DNA from: Candidatus Methylomirabilota bacterium
GTDB lineage: Bacteria > Methylomirabilota > Methylomirabilia > Methylomirabilales > JACPAU01
DNA: 42,175 nt
Reading direction: 5' to 3'
Assembly: GCA_022614955.1 (NCBI GenBank)
Contig: JAKEHP010000046.1
Location: forward strand, 1-42,175
A program made the translations under genes and the position numbers. Under the pieces are notes generated by a model that worked only from the letters and a program-made list of their open reading frames with translations, ran no database searches and had not been told where the DNA came from. How positions within the stretch are numbered: position 1 is the first letter of the stretch; every line of letters begins with the position of its first letter. Positions 1 through 12,514 of the stretch are shown one piece after another.

Positions 1-664
1 CGATGACCTCCAGCCCCTTGTTCATCAGGGTGGCCGAGTCCACGGTGATCTTCTTCCCCATGTTCCAGCGGGGGTGCTGCAGTGCCTCCCGCGGGGTGAC
101 CGCCGCCAGCTCCCCCTTCGGGCGGGTCCGGAACGGCCCGCCCGAGCCGGTGAGGATGACGGACCGGAGGCACGCGCCCCCGCCCCGCTCCAGGCACTGG
201 AAGATGGCCGAGTGCTCACTGTCCACGGGCAGGAGCCGGGCGTTCCGGCGGGCCGCCTCGGCCGTGATCAGCTCCCCGGCGGTCACCAGGGCCTCCTTGT
301 TGGCCAGGGCGACCGTCTTGCCGGCGCGGACCGCGGCAAACGTGGGGAGGAGCCCGGCCGCCCCCACGACCGCCGAGAGGACCACGTCGGCGTCCGGGTC
401 GGTGGCGATCCGGAGAAGCCCGGCCTCGCCCCAGGCCACCTCCGCCCCTGCCCCGTCCAGGCGGCCCCGGAGGGCCGCGGCCCCCTCCGCCGTCCCCACC
501 GACACCACGCGCGGCCGGAACGCGCGCACCTGCTCCGCGAGAAGGTCCAGGTTGTCCCGGGCGGCTAATCCGACGATCCGGAACAAGCCGGGGTGTCGGG
601 CGGCCAGAGCCAGGGCCTGGGTCCCGATGGACCCGGTGGAGCCCAGAATGGCGATCCGTTTCAC
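1..664 (-). CDS. dxr: 1-deoxy-D-xylulose 5-phosphate reductoisomerase, N-terminal ~221 codons (3' part runs off the left edge)
   Basis: The minus-strand frame is open from GTG at 664 to the window edge. Translation begins VKRIAILGSTGSIGTQALALAARHP (the GSTGSIG NADPH loop). It continues with LANKEALV, LLPVDSEHSAIFQCL and HPRWNMGKKITVDSATLMNKGLEVI, all Dxr hallmarks. The gene is not in the ORF track because no stop lies inside the window. Its start overlaps the upstream stop as GTGA. Confidence 0.9.
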   Translation of the reverse strand, partial: MKRIAILGSTGSIGTQALALAARHPGLFRIVGLAARDNLDLLAEQVRAFRPRVVSVGTAEGAAALRGRLDGAGAEVAWGEAGLLRIATDPDADVVLSAVVGAAGLLPTFAAVRAGKTVALANKEALVTAGELITAEAARRNARLLPVDSEHSAIFQCLERGGGACLRSVILTGSGGPFRTRPKGELAAVTPREALQHPRWNMGKKITVDSATLMNKGLEVI

Positions 665-1557
665 GGGAGATCTTTCACGCCCACCCCGTCCCGGGACGTG
701 GACTTGATGAGATACATCGCCTGGTCGGCGTGGCGGAGGAGCTGGTCCGTGTTGATGCCGTCCTGGGGGAAGGTCGCAAGGCCGAAGGACGCGGTCAGCT
801 GGACCGCCGCCCCCTCGCTCACCAGGAAGCTGTGGACCTTGACGGCCTCCCGGAGGCGGTTCGCAACCTTCAGGGCGCCCCGCCTGTCCGTCTCCGGCAG
901 CGTGACCACAAACTCGTCCCCGCCGAAGCGGAAGATCTTGTCGCTCCGGCGCAGGTGCTGCAGGACCAGGGCGGCCACCTCCATCAGCACTTTGCTGCCG
1001 CAGAGGTGGCCGTAGGCTTCGTTGACAGTCTTCAGGCGGTCCAGGTCCATGAAGAGGACGGAGAAGGGGCGCTCGTAGCGGCGGGCCCGCTCCAGCTCCT
1101 CCTCCATGTGGCGTTCCATGTACCGACGGTTGTACGCGTCGGTGAGGTCATCGCGGAACGCCTCCTGCCGAAGGAGGGTGTTGGTCTGGAGCAGATGGGC
1201 CCGCTCGGCGCCGTTGCGGAGGACCCACTCCAGCTCCGCCGCCGCAACCGGCTCCGCCAGGACCTGGTAGGCCCCCCGCTTGAGGGCGCCGGCCCGGAAC
1301 TCGGGGTCGGCGGCAAGAACCACGACCGCCTGTTCCGGGCGGACCTGTAGGAGGCGATCCAGCAAGTCGAGAGGCCTCGCCGGGACGCCCCCCGCCAGGA
1401 GGAAGACCAGCGTGTAGGAAGTATTCTCGACCCCGGCGGTTCCCGCAGCCGGGTCTGCCACCACTTCCGCCGAGTGCCCCGCTTCGGACACCGCACGGGC
1501 CAGCGTCTGCCGGGCCTCCTCGGTGCCCCCTAGAATCAGAAACCGCTCCTCAGGCAC
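661..1557 (-). CDS. Diguanylate cyclase (GGDEF) with N-terminal degenerate receiver-like domain
   Basis: 298-aa ORF. The C-terminal half has NEAYGHLCGSKVL...RFGGDEFVV (intact GGDEF) and an RRSD I-site five residues upstream. The N-terminal ~120 aa has a receiver-like alternating pattern but lacks the acidic pocket. GTG start at 1557 is preceded by GGGGGA. Confidence 0.85.
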   Translation of the reverse strand: MPEERFLILGGTEEARQTLARAVSEAGHSAEVVADPAAGTAGVENTSYTLVFLLAGGVPARPLDLLDRLLQVRPEQAVVVLAADPEFRAGALKRGAYQVLAEPVAAAELEWVLRNGAERAHLLQTNTLLRQEAFRDDLTDAYNRRYMERHMEEELERARRYERPFSVLFMDLDRLKTVNEAYGHLCGSKVLMEVAALVLQHLRRSDKIFRFGGDEFVVTLPETDRRGALKVANRLREAVKVHSFLVSEGAAVQLTASFGLATFPQDGINTDQLLRHADQAMYLIKSTSRDGVGVKDLP

Positions 1558-1699
1558 GCGTCCGGTTCCCCCTTGGAGGGCCGCTCCCCGTTCCCCCGGC
1601 CCGCCGCGACCGCCCGCCGGGTGCCAAAAATCGCCTTAGTTTAAAGGAGTGCGAGCAGTGCCGCAAGCCCTTTTCCCTCGCCGCGCCCCGCCCGCCCGC

Positions 1700-2067
1700 C
1701 TACCGGCTCCCCGGAGAATCGGCCGCGGCGGCGGGAGATTCTGCGGGGGCAGCGAAGCGATAGACCACCTCCCCGGGCCGGACAAGCCCGAGCTTCCGTC
1801 GCGCGATCTCCTCGAGGCGCGTCTCGTCCTGTTGGAAGGCCTCCACCTCACGGCGGAGGCGGGCGTTCTCCGCCTGGAGCCGCTCGATGTCCTGGACGAG
1901 GTCGGCCCGCTGCCGGCTGAGGCGGTAGAGGCGGATGAGGGACCCGTCGCCGGAGAGGGAGGCCAGGAGGAGCCCGAGGAGGAGCCCGCCCACCAGCAGG
2001 AGCCGCCAGCGTCGGCGCCCGCCACCCCCGGGATTCCCCCCCGCCTCCCCATCGCCCGTCCGCGCCA

Positions 2068-2068
<1 letters not shown>
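1700..2068 (-). CDS. ftsB: Septum formation initiator, FtsB/DivIC family
   Basis: 122 aa. One N-terminal TM helix (WRLLLVGGLLLGLLLASL) is followed by a coiled coil (LIRLYRLSRQRADLVQDIERLQAENARLRREVEAFQ) and LGLVRPGEVVYRF. It lies immediately downstream of eno, a common arrangement, and its start overlaps the eno stop (TAATG). Confidence 0.75.
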
Positions 2069-4784
<2,716 letters not shown>

Positions 4785-4888
4785 GGTGCGCCTCCCACGT
4801 CCGGGCCCGCCCTGCGCCCCCACCACGAGCCCACGAACCTCAAGAAATTCCGGAAGTTGGCCGAGAATACCGAGCTGTACCGGGCTTG

Positions 4889-6145
4889 TCAAGGTGCCCG
4901 CCGCCGGTGGGCACGCCGGGGGAGCGGCCGGGGGCGGCCCCCTTGCCTCGGGGGCATTCGGGGCGTCGTGGGCTCCAGGGCCCCCGTCTCCTCCCCGCCC
5001 ACGTACAGGCGCGGGACGCGGGGGCTGATCCCGCAGAGGACCTCGTAGGAGATGGTATCCGCCAGGACGGCCCAAGCGTCTACGGAGATCGCCTCCGTCC
5101 CCTGGGGGCCGAGGAGGACGACCGGATCCCCCTCGGTCACCTCCGGGATTCCGGCCACGTCCACCATGGCCATGTCCATGCAGACCCGGCCCACCACGGG
5201 GGCCCGCTGACCGCGGAGAAGGACCACACCCCGGTTGCTGAGGGCGCGGGGGAAGCCGTCCCCGTACCCGACGGGCAGGGTGGCGATCCGCATCCGCGTC
5301 GGGGCGACGAAGGTGCATCCGTAGGAGACGGTGGTGCCGGCCGGGACCCAGCGCACCTGGGCCACCCGCGTTTCCAGGCTGAGGACCGGGCGGAGCGGGA
5401 CCGGGGGTGGGGCGTCGGGGGACGGGGGACAGCCGTAGAGGGCGATGCCGGCCCGGACCATGTCCAGGCGGGCCTCCGGCAAGGCAAAGGTGGCGGCGCT
5501 GTTGGCGGCGTGGCGGAGGAGGGACGGAACTCGGAACTCGGGGGAGGCCAGAGCCTGGTGAAAGTGCCGGAGCTGCTCCCGGGCATGGGCGGGGTCCGGC
5601 GCGTCGGCCGCGGCAAAGTGGGTCATCACTCCTCTCAGGCGGACCCCGGGGAGCCGGCCGATGGCACTCGCCAGGGCACTCGCCTCCTCCACCGGGACAC
5701 CGACACGCCCCATCCCGGTGTCTACCTTGAGGTGGACGCCGACACGGCGGCGAGCCATCCCGGCCGCTCGGGAGAGGGCCTCGGCGAGCGGAACCGAGTG
5801 GACCATCTGGTCGAGGCCCCCTGCTACGACCTCCTCGGCTTGGGCAGGAGGCGTGGGTCCAAGGACGAGAATCGGGCCCCTGATCCCGGCTGCCCTGAGC
5901 GCCGTCCCCTCCTCCGGCAGCGCTACCCCGAGCCACTCGGCACCGGCCGCGAGGGCCGCCCGCGCGACGGGGACCGCCCCATGGCCGTATGCGTCCGCCT
6001 TGACGACCGCCATGATCCGCACCCCAGGTCCGACGAGGGCCTTGATACTCCGAATATTGTGAGCGACAGCACCGAGATCCACGATTGCCCTGGTGGGCCT
6101 GGTCTGGCGATCTGCAGGCTTGACTGGGTGGAATCTCTTGGTCAT
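4889..6145 (-). CDS. alr: Alanine racemase
   Basis: Track ORF trimmed to ATG 6145 (MTKRFHPV...). Motifs: PLP-lysine AVVKADAYGHG, VSYG and the C-terminal ISPRVPRLY. About 35 extra Pro/Arg-rich residues follow before the first stop. Confidence 0.9.
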   Translation of the reverse strand: MTKRFHPVKPADRQTRPTRAIVDLGAVAHNIRSIKALVGPGVRIMAVVKADAYGHGAVPVARAALAAGAEWLGVALPEEGTALRAAGIRGPILVLGPTPPAQAEEVVAGGLDQMVHSVPLAEALSRAAGMARRRVGVHLKVDTGMGRVGVPVEEASALASAIGRLPGVRLRGVMTHFAAADAPDPAHAREQLRHFHQALASPEFRVPSLLRHAANSAATFALPEARLDMVRAGIALYGCPPSPDAPPPVPLRPVLSLETRVAQVRWVPAGTTVSYGCTFVAPTRMRIATLPVGYGDGFPRALSNRGVVLLRGQRAPVVGRVCMDMAMVDVAGIPEVTEGDPVVLLGPQGTEAISVDAWAVLADTISYEVLCGISPRVPRLYVGGEETGALEPTTPRMPPRQGGRPRPLPRRAHRRRAP

Positions 6146-6255
6146 TCTCGATAGATTTCGAGAGAAAAAATTAGAAAAACGGAGAAAAACCCAGTTCTGA
6201 TGGAATGCCTGCCAACTCATCCTCCACGATTACGGCCTGTAAAAGTTTTTTTCCC

Positions 6256-6284
6256 TTGCTTTCTAGACGGGCTACCGGTAGTTT
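6256..6284 (+). promoter_or_regulatory. Candidate sigma70-type groESL promoter (TTGCTT-N17-TAGTTT)
   Basis: The hexamers have 17-nt spacing and a T-rich stretch lies just upstream. CIRCE starts about 9 nt downstream of the -10, the usual position. The implied leader to groES is long (~220 nt), so a second promoter cannot be excluded. Confidence 0.4.
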
Positions 6285-6292
6285 TGCGGACA

Positions 6293-6319
6293 CTAGCACT
6301 CACCATTGGAGAGTGCCAA
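6293..6319 (+). promoter_or_regulatory. CIRCE operator (HrcA binding site)
   Basis: CTAGCACTC-ACCATTGGA-GAGTGCCAA matches the consensus TTAGCACTC-N9-GAGTGCTAA with one mismatch per arm. It lies upstream of groES-groEL. Confidence 0.85.
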
Positions 6320-6511
6320 CAACGAGGTCGGGGCCATTCCTCCAAGGCGGTCCTGATTGCTCGCATCCTAGCACGAAGGTTGGAATCGCCAAAATCAGAG
6401 AGGAGGTGACACCGGCACGGAGTGGTTCGCCGGCAGGCCCGGAGTCACGCGAGCCGCCGGGAGGTGGAACGGGACAGGCTAGATCCTCTGGCGAAAGGAG
6501 GGGGCGGCACT

Positions 6512-8534
<2,023 letters not shown>

Positions 8535-8598
8535 TTAGGACCCGCGTGCGACAGGGGGTACCTCAGCGGCCGTCCGCAGAGCCCCCTGCGGCAATACC

Positions 8599-8645
8599 CT
8601 GGAGCCCCCAGCCGCGGCCGCGGCTGGGGGCTCCAGCCTTTCTGC
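8599..8645 (+). terminator. Probable intrinsic terminator after groEL
   Basis: A perfect 38-nt palindrome, CTGGAGCCCCCAGCCGCGGCCGCGGCTGGGGGCTCCAG (8599-8636), is followed by CCTTTCTG. A shorter hairpin (CCGCAG-N6-CTGCGG) lies just upstream. The U-tract is weak. Confidence 0.55.
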
Positions 8646-8702
8646 GCCCCCCTTTCATCTCCTCCTTCTCTGGACCCGGGCTCCCCTCCCCCCCAGAAGC
8701 AG

Positions 8703-8730
8703 CGCGCCCCGGCCCGCGGGCCGGGGCGCG
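8703..8730 (-). terminator. GC-rich hairpin downstream of the 8759..9250 gene (possible terminator)
   Basis: CGCGCCCCGGCCC / GGGCCGGGGCGCG forms a 13-bp stem around a very small loop. It sits between two convergent genes. There is no clear U-tract on the minus strand. Confidence 0.35.
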
Positions 8731-8758
8731 GCGAAAGGTCAGCGGCGCGGGTGATGAC

Positions 8759-9250
8759 TCACATGGTCTCGCGGCTCGTGGCCGAGGCGTAGCCCGCCTC
8801 CAGCAGGCCGGTCAAATCGTTCATGGTCGCCCCCTCCACCGCAACGAAAGCTCCGGACGGCGTCCCCTGGGTGACGAATCCCTCGTCCACGAAGGTCTCC
8901 GGACTCTCCTCCCCCTGCTTTCCCACGGTCACCAGGATCATCGGGTCCTCGAGGAGGGACCAGGACGTCTTCCCGTTCCTGGCGTCCAGCACAATGAGAA
9001 CGAAGAGGGGATCCGTGGTCTCGATGCCGCGGATCAGGAGAATGGGAAAGTCGGGGTTACCCCAGAGGCGCCCCTGGGCGACAGGGGTGAAGCGGGCCAA
9101 GGTCTCGGCGTCGGTAAAGTCGGGAACGCGCGGCGGGAGGTGCCGGGCGGGCGCTCCCCGCTCCACGAGCGACGACTCACCGGCGACCGCCGCAGGAAGC
9201 CCTGCGACGGCTGCGGCGAGGAGCAGCGTCAGGGCAGCGACGGTCTTCAT
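8759..9250 (-). CDS. Hypothetical secreted protein (no family recognised)
   Basis: 163-aa ORF with a clear Sec signal peptide (MKTVAALTLLLAAAVAGLPAAVA/GE). A strong SD (AGGAGGAAAGGC) lies directly before the ATG at 9250. No motif I can assign. Confidence 0.7.
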   Translation of the reverse strand: MKTVAALTLLLAAAVAGLPAAVAGESSLVERGAPARHLPPRVPDFTDAETLARFTPVAQGRLWGNPDFPILLIRGIETTDPLFVLIVLDARNGKTSWSLLEDPMILVTVGKQGEESPETFVDEGFVTQGTPSGAFVAVEGATMNDLTGLLEAGYASATSRETM

Positions 9251-9318
9251 GGCCTTTCCTCCTGGGTCCCTGCACGGCCTTTTGGGAGCTCCGGCTGGAA
9301 CCTCGACCCATACCTAGA

Positions 9319-9333
9319 GCAAATTGTGTGCCA
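9319..9333 (-). promoter_or_regulatory. Candidate sigma54 (-24/-12) promoter
   Basis: The minus strand reads C-TGGCAC-ACAAT-TTGC-T. This matches the TGGCAC-N5-TTGC core of the RpoN consensus exactly. It is correctly oriented about 69-83 nt upstream of the ATG at 9250. Confidence 0.55.
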
Positions 9334-9540
9334 GGAACTACACGGAATCGGCAAGGCGGGGGATGTGGACCGGAACTCTATGTAAAGTCGGGTGTTCTGC
9401 CGAGCGGCCCCTACCCCCTGGTGCGGCCGGGGTGGGCGCTCCCTTCCGGGAAACGTCCTGGAGGGATGAGAATTCGCCAGGGGACGTGGGCACAGAATGA
9501 ACAGGGAGTCGAACCGGGGGGATGGGGGGATTCCGGACGC

Positions 9541-10248
9541 TCAGAAGAAGGGGGCTGCCCGCTCGAGGGCCTCGGCGAGCACACCGGCCAGAACCAGGCC
9601 CGGGAGCATGTTTGCGACCCGGAGGGTGGCCAGGCGCCAGATGTTGACCGCGAGGCACGCGATCATGAGCCCGCCGGCGGCCGTCACCGCCTGCACGACC
9701 GGAGGCGTCATCAGGTCCCGGACGCCGGCTGCCGCCAGGGTCAGGGCCCCCTGGTAGAGGAGAACCGTCCCGGCCGCGAAGTAGGTCCCGAACCCGAGGC
9801 TGGCAGCGAGAGCTGTGGAAGCGATCCCGTCCAGGACCGCCTTAGTGAAGAGCAGCGTGGCGTCCCCCTGGAGCCCGTCCTGGATGGAGCCCAGGATCGT
9901 CATGGGCCCCACACAGAAGAGGAGGCTCGCCGTGACGAAGGCCCGGGCGAACTGGTCGTCCCCTGCACGCGCGAAGCGGCGCTCGAGGCGCTGGCCGAGC
10001 CGGTCCAGGGCTCCCTGGATGTCCAGGGCCTCCCCCAGGACGGCTCCCCCAGCCAGGCTGAGGAGGACGACGATGATCTTGCGCCCGGAGTCAGCCGCCA
10101 GGCCCATCTGCAGGCCGATGAGGAGCGTGACCGCCCCCACGGCCTGCATGGCCACCTCCTGGACGCGGGGCGGGAAGCGCCGCTTGAGGAGGACCCCCAC
10201 CGTACTCCCCACGAGGACCGTCCCGGTGTTAACGAGCGTCCCCAGCAT
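9541..10248 (-). CDS. DUF554 family membrane protein (YqgA-like)
   Basis: 235-aa polytopic membrane protein. MLGTLVNTGTVLVGSTVGVLLKRRFP...LLFCVGPMTILGSIQDGLQGD...ANMLPGLVLAGVL aligns by eye along its length with E. coli YqgA. Confidence 0.8.
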   Translation of the reverse strand: MLGTLVNTGTVLVGSTVGVLLKRRFPPRVQEVAMQAVGAVTLLIGLQMGLAADSGRKIIVVLLSLAGGAVLGEALDIQGALDRLGQRLERRFARAGDDQFARAFVTASLLFCVGPMTILGSIQDGLQGDATLLFTKAVLDGIASTALAASLGFGTYFAAGTVLLYQGALTLAAAGVRDLMTPPVVQAVTAAGGLMIACLAVNIWRLATLRVANMLPGLVLAGVLAEALERAAPFF

Positions 10249-10551
10249 CCCAACTCCCGGTGAAGCGCGAGGCGGCCGCGCCCGCCGCTCCCCGCGGGGC
10301 GACCAACCGCGCCGTCGTTCTCGTTGATTCGGGAGCCCTTGTCAAGGGGATTCGGCCGCAAAATACGCGCGGCCAGGGCGGCCAACACAAGCATCCCACG
10401 CCCGCTCGAGCTCCGTAGGCGGGGTCCACCTAGGCCTTTTCCCGCAAGTCAGCTCACCCCTGCCCCGGCCAGGGGTTCTGAGCCGCGATCCGTAACCGTC
10501 CGCCAGTGGGGCTAACTCCACGCCGCGCTTGCCCCACGGCAATTTTTCCGC

Positions 10552-10580
10552 TTGACTGCCCTCCCCTATGGCGCTACGGT
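10552..10580 (+). promoter_or_regulatory. Weak candidate promoter for the lipoprotein operon (TTGACT-N17-TACGGT)
   Basis: Good -35, poor -10. It would give a ~190-nt leader. Purely a sequence match. Confidence 0.2.
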
Positions 10581-10768
10581 CTCCTCGATCGCGCCGGAAG
10601 GCGAGAAGGTTTTACGGCATGACGGCAGCCAAGTCCTCCGTCCTGTTCTCAAATCCCTCCAAGGTTGCTGCGACCCCCGATCGCAAGTCAAACTTGATCA
10701 ACCTCATCCAGCGATCCCAGGACACACTCCGCGAGCCGAAGGCTGCCGCCCATTCGGCTGGAGAGATC

Positions 10769-11797
10769 ATGTGGGAAGGCAAGAAGTTCTCGACAAAGAC
10801 GTCATGGGTCGCCAGCGCCGGCTTGAGACAGACTGCCCTGGCCCTCTCAATCCTCTTCGTGCTCGCATCTTGTGCCAGTTACGACAAACGGGAAGTCGTC
10901 AGAACTCTCCCCGACTCACCGAGCCCCGCAACTCAGACCCCGAAAGCCCCGCCCGGATCCGCTGATGTTGGCTCCTCGGCCCGCGCGCTGAAACGCAAAG
11001 TGGCGATCGCTCGCTTCACCAACGAAACAAAGTACGGGGCAGGCCTCTTCACCGACCCGAGCTCCGACCGCATAGGGAAGCAGGCCTCGGACATTCTGGC
11101 ATCCGACCTGACCAAATCCGGCAAGTTCATCGTGCTGGAACGGACGGACCTTCACAAGCTCAAAGCCGAAAGCGAGTTGATGGGAATGACCCCCGAGGAG
11201 TTCAAGAAGAACCTCGTCGGGGTAGATGCCCTTATCCTGGGGTCGGTGGTTGAGTTCGGCCGGAAGGACACCGGCGAGGTGCTCCTCTTCACCCGCTCGA
11301 GGAAGCAGGTTGCCCACGCCCGTGTCAGCATTCGGTTAGTCGACCCCAGAACGGGCCAAGTGTTTTTCAGTGAAAGTGGCGGCGGTGAGGCCGCACTCGA
11401 GACGCAGACCATCCTGGGACTCGGCGACCGAGCCGTCTTCGATTCCACCCTGAACGACATGGCCCTGTCTGCCGCGATTGCCAACCTGCTGGACAAGGTG
11501 CTGAATAAGCTGTCCGACAAGCCCTGGACAAGCGGCATCCTTGCGGTAGACGGGACGAACGTCCTGATTGCAGGAGGACAACGCCAAGGCCTCAGGATCG
11601 GCGACCGCCTCAAAGTGATGGTTCCAGGCAAACTGATCAAGAGTCCCCAAACCGGTTTTAACATTCAGACTCCGCATGCCCAGGTTGGCGAACTGGAAGT
11701 CGTAAGCTTCTTTGGAGACGCGGAGACGACCGAAGGCTCGATCTGCCGTGTGGTCAGCGGCGTCACGCCGCGGACGGATCACATCGTTCAATTCTGA
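10769..11797 (+). CDS. CsgG-family lipoprotein with extra C-terminal beta-rich domain
   Basis: Track ORF 10568..11797 trimmed to ATG 10769 (GGAGA 5 nt upstream), so that the signal peptide plus lipobox (LSILFVLAS/C) is N-terminal. The core aligns by eye with E. coli CsgG: VAIARFTNETKYG, KFIVLERTDLHKLKAE, DALILGSVVEFG, VSIRLVDPRTGQVF. About 95 additional C-terminal residues follow. Confidence 0.8.
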   Translation: MWEGKKFSTKTSWVASAGLRQTALALSILFVLASCASYDKREVVRTLPDSPSPATQTPKAPPGSADVGSSARALKRKVAIARFTNETKYGAGLFTDPSSDRIGKQASDILASDLTKSGKFIVLERTDLHKLKAESELMGMTPEEFKKNLVGVDALILGSVVEFGRKDTGEVLLFTRSRKQVAHARVSIRLVDPRTGQVFFSESGGGEAALETQTILGLGDRAVFDSTLNDMALSAAIANLLDKVLNKLSDKPWTSGILAVDGTNVLIAGGQRQGLRIGDRLKVMVPGKLIKSPQTGFNIQTPHAQVGELEVVSFFGDAETTEGSICRVVSGVTPRTDHIVQF

Positions 11798-11810
11798 ACC
11801 GGGGAGGGCA

Positions 11811-12155
11811 ATGGTCTACACCACATCGCGGCGAGTCCTGGCAGTTGCGTGCCTCTTCCTTCTTTCGGGTTGCGGTTTCCTCGCTCCTGTTTTGGGCCCA
11901 GTCTATGAGACATCAACCAGTACGGTGGATCAAACGAAGGACGAAGGATACATCCAGTTCACGAACACGACCAGCGACCACCAGATCTTTCTCGACGGGA
12001 AGCCAATTGGCACCGGCACCGATTATTCATCCGGCAAACTGCTGGCAGTTCCGCCAGGTCCACACCTGGTGGAAATCACCCAAGGCGGCGCCATCGTCTT
12101 GCACCAGAAGGTATTCATCGGGGTAGGCTCAACCCGTGCCATAGACCTCAAATGA
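11811..12155 (+). CDS. PEGA-domain lipoprotein
   Basis: ATG 11811 follows GGGGAGGG. Signal peptide with lipobox LFLLSG/C. The remainder has a PEGA-like pattern (IFLDGKPIGTGT...LLAVPPGPHLVEI...VFIGVGSTRAI). It starts 13 nt after the CsgG-like stop. Confidence 0.7.
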   Translation: MVYTTSRRVLAVACLFLLSGCGFLAPVLGPVYETSTSTVDQTKDEGYIQFTNTTSDHQIFLDGKPIGTGTDYSSGKLLAVPPGPHLVEITQGGAIVLHQKVFIGVGSTRAIDLK

Positions 12156-12514
12156 TGCATGATCCCCCTCGATCGCTTGCCCTGCTCATGTTGCTCGGCT
12201 TAGCCGCGTGCGCCGCTCCTCCCCTTTTTTATTGGGGACAATACGAGGAGAGCCTGTACAAACGACACACGGATCCCAGCGACCAGGGGCAGGGCGAAGC
12301 CTTCAAGATGCTGGAACTGACCATTCAAGAAGCTGAAGCAAAGAACTCCCGAGTTCCGCCAGGTGTCTATGCGGACTACGGCTATCTATTATTCAAGCAA
12401 GGGAAAGTTGACGACGCAGTCGTATTTTTCCGGAAGGAAGCGGAGACGTACAAGGAATCCAAGTACCTGATGGATTCTGTCATCTCCCGAATCGAGAGGA
12501 AGAAAGCTCCATGA
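12152..12514 (+). CDS. DUF4810-like lipoprotein
   Basis: ATGA overlap with the preceding gene. Lipobox LLGLAA/C. A small helical protein (LFYWGQYEESLYK...PPGVYADYGYLLFKQGKVDDAVVFFRKEAETYKES) resembling the DUF4810 family that accompanies DUF799. Family name is from memory. Confidence 0.6.
   Translation: MMHDPPRSLALLMLLGLAACAAPPLFYWGQYEESLYKRHTDPSDQGQGEAFKMLELTIQEAEAKNSRVPPGVYADYGYLLFKQGKVDDAVVFFRKEAETYKESKYLMDSVISRIERKKAP

Noticed and set aside
4889-5000. About 35-residue Pro/Arg-rich C-terminal tail on alanine racemase as a functional extension
   Set aside because: It is most simply explained by a late stop codon in G+C-rich DNA after the conserved ...RVPRLY end. The sequence is low complexity, with no evidence of function.
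4785-5936. N-terminal ~384 residues of the 857-aa track ORF 3363..5936 as part of one giant protein
   Set aside because: This part overlaps alr on the same strand in another frame and is Pro/Gly/Arg-rich nonsense. The PGM homology begins at VPPIRFGTSGWRG, right after a GGGAGG SD and GTG 4784.
6368-6392. Possible second CIRCE element, CTAGCACGA...ATCGCCAA, in the groES leader
   Set aside because: Only the left half resembles CIRCE. The right arm is not complementary (TCGCCA versus the required GTGCTA), so no inverted repeat is formed.
9504-9520. tRNA-like T-loop sequence (the minus strand reads GGTTCGACTCC)
   Set aside because: The flanking bases do not form a 5-bp T-stem (CCCGG versus CCCTG) and no acceptor or anticodon arms could be built. 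The 5' part would fall inside the DUF554 coding region.
10568-10768. Track start at 10568 for the CsgG-like protein
   Set aside because: It would put 67 residues in front of a lipoprotein signal peptide. A signal peptide must be N-terminal, and ATG 10769 has a GGAGA site upstream.
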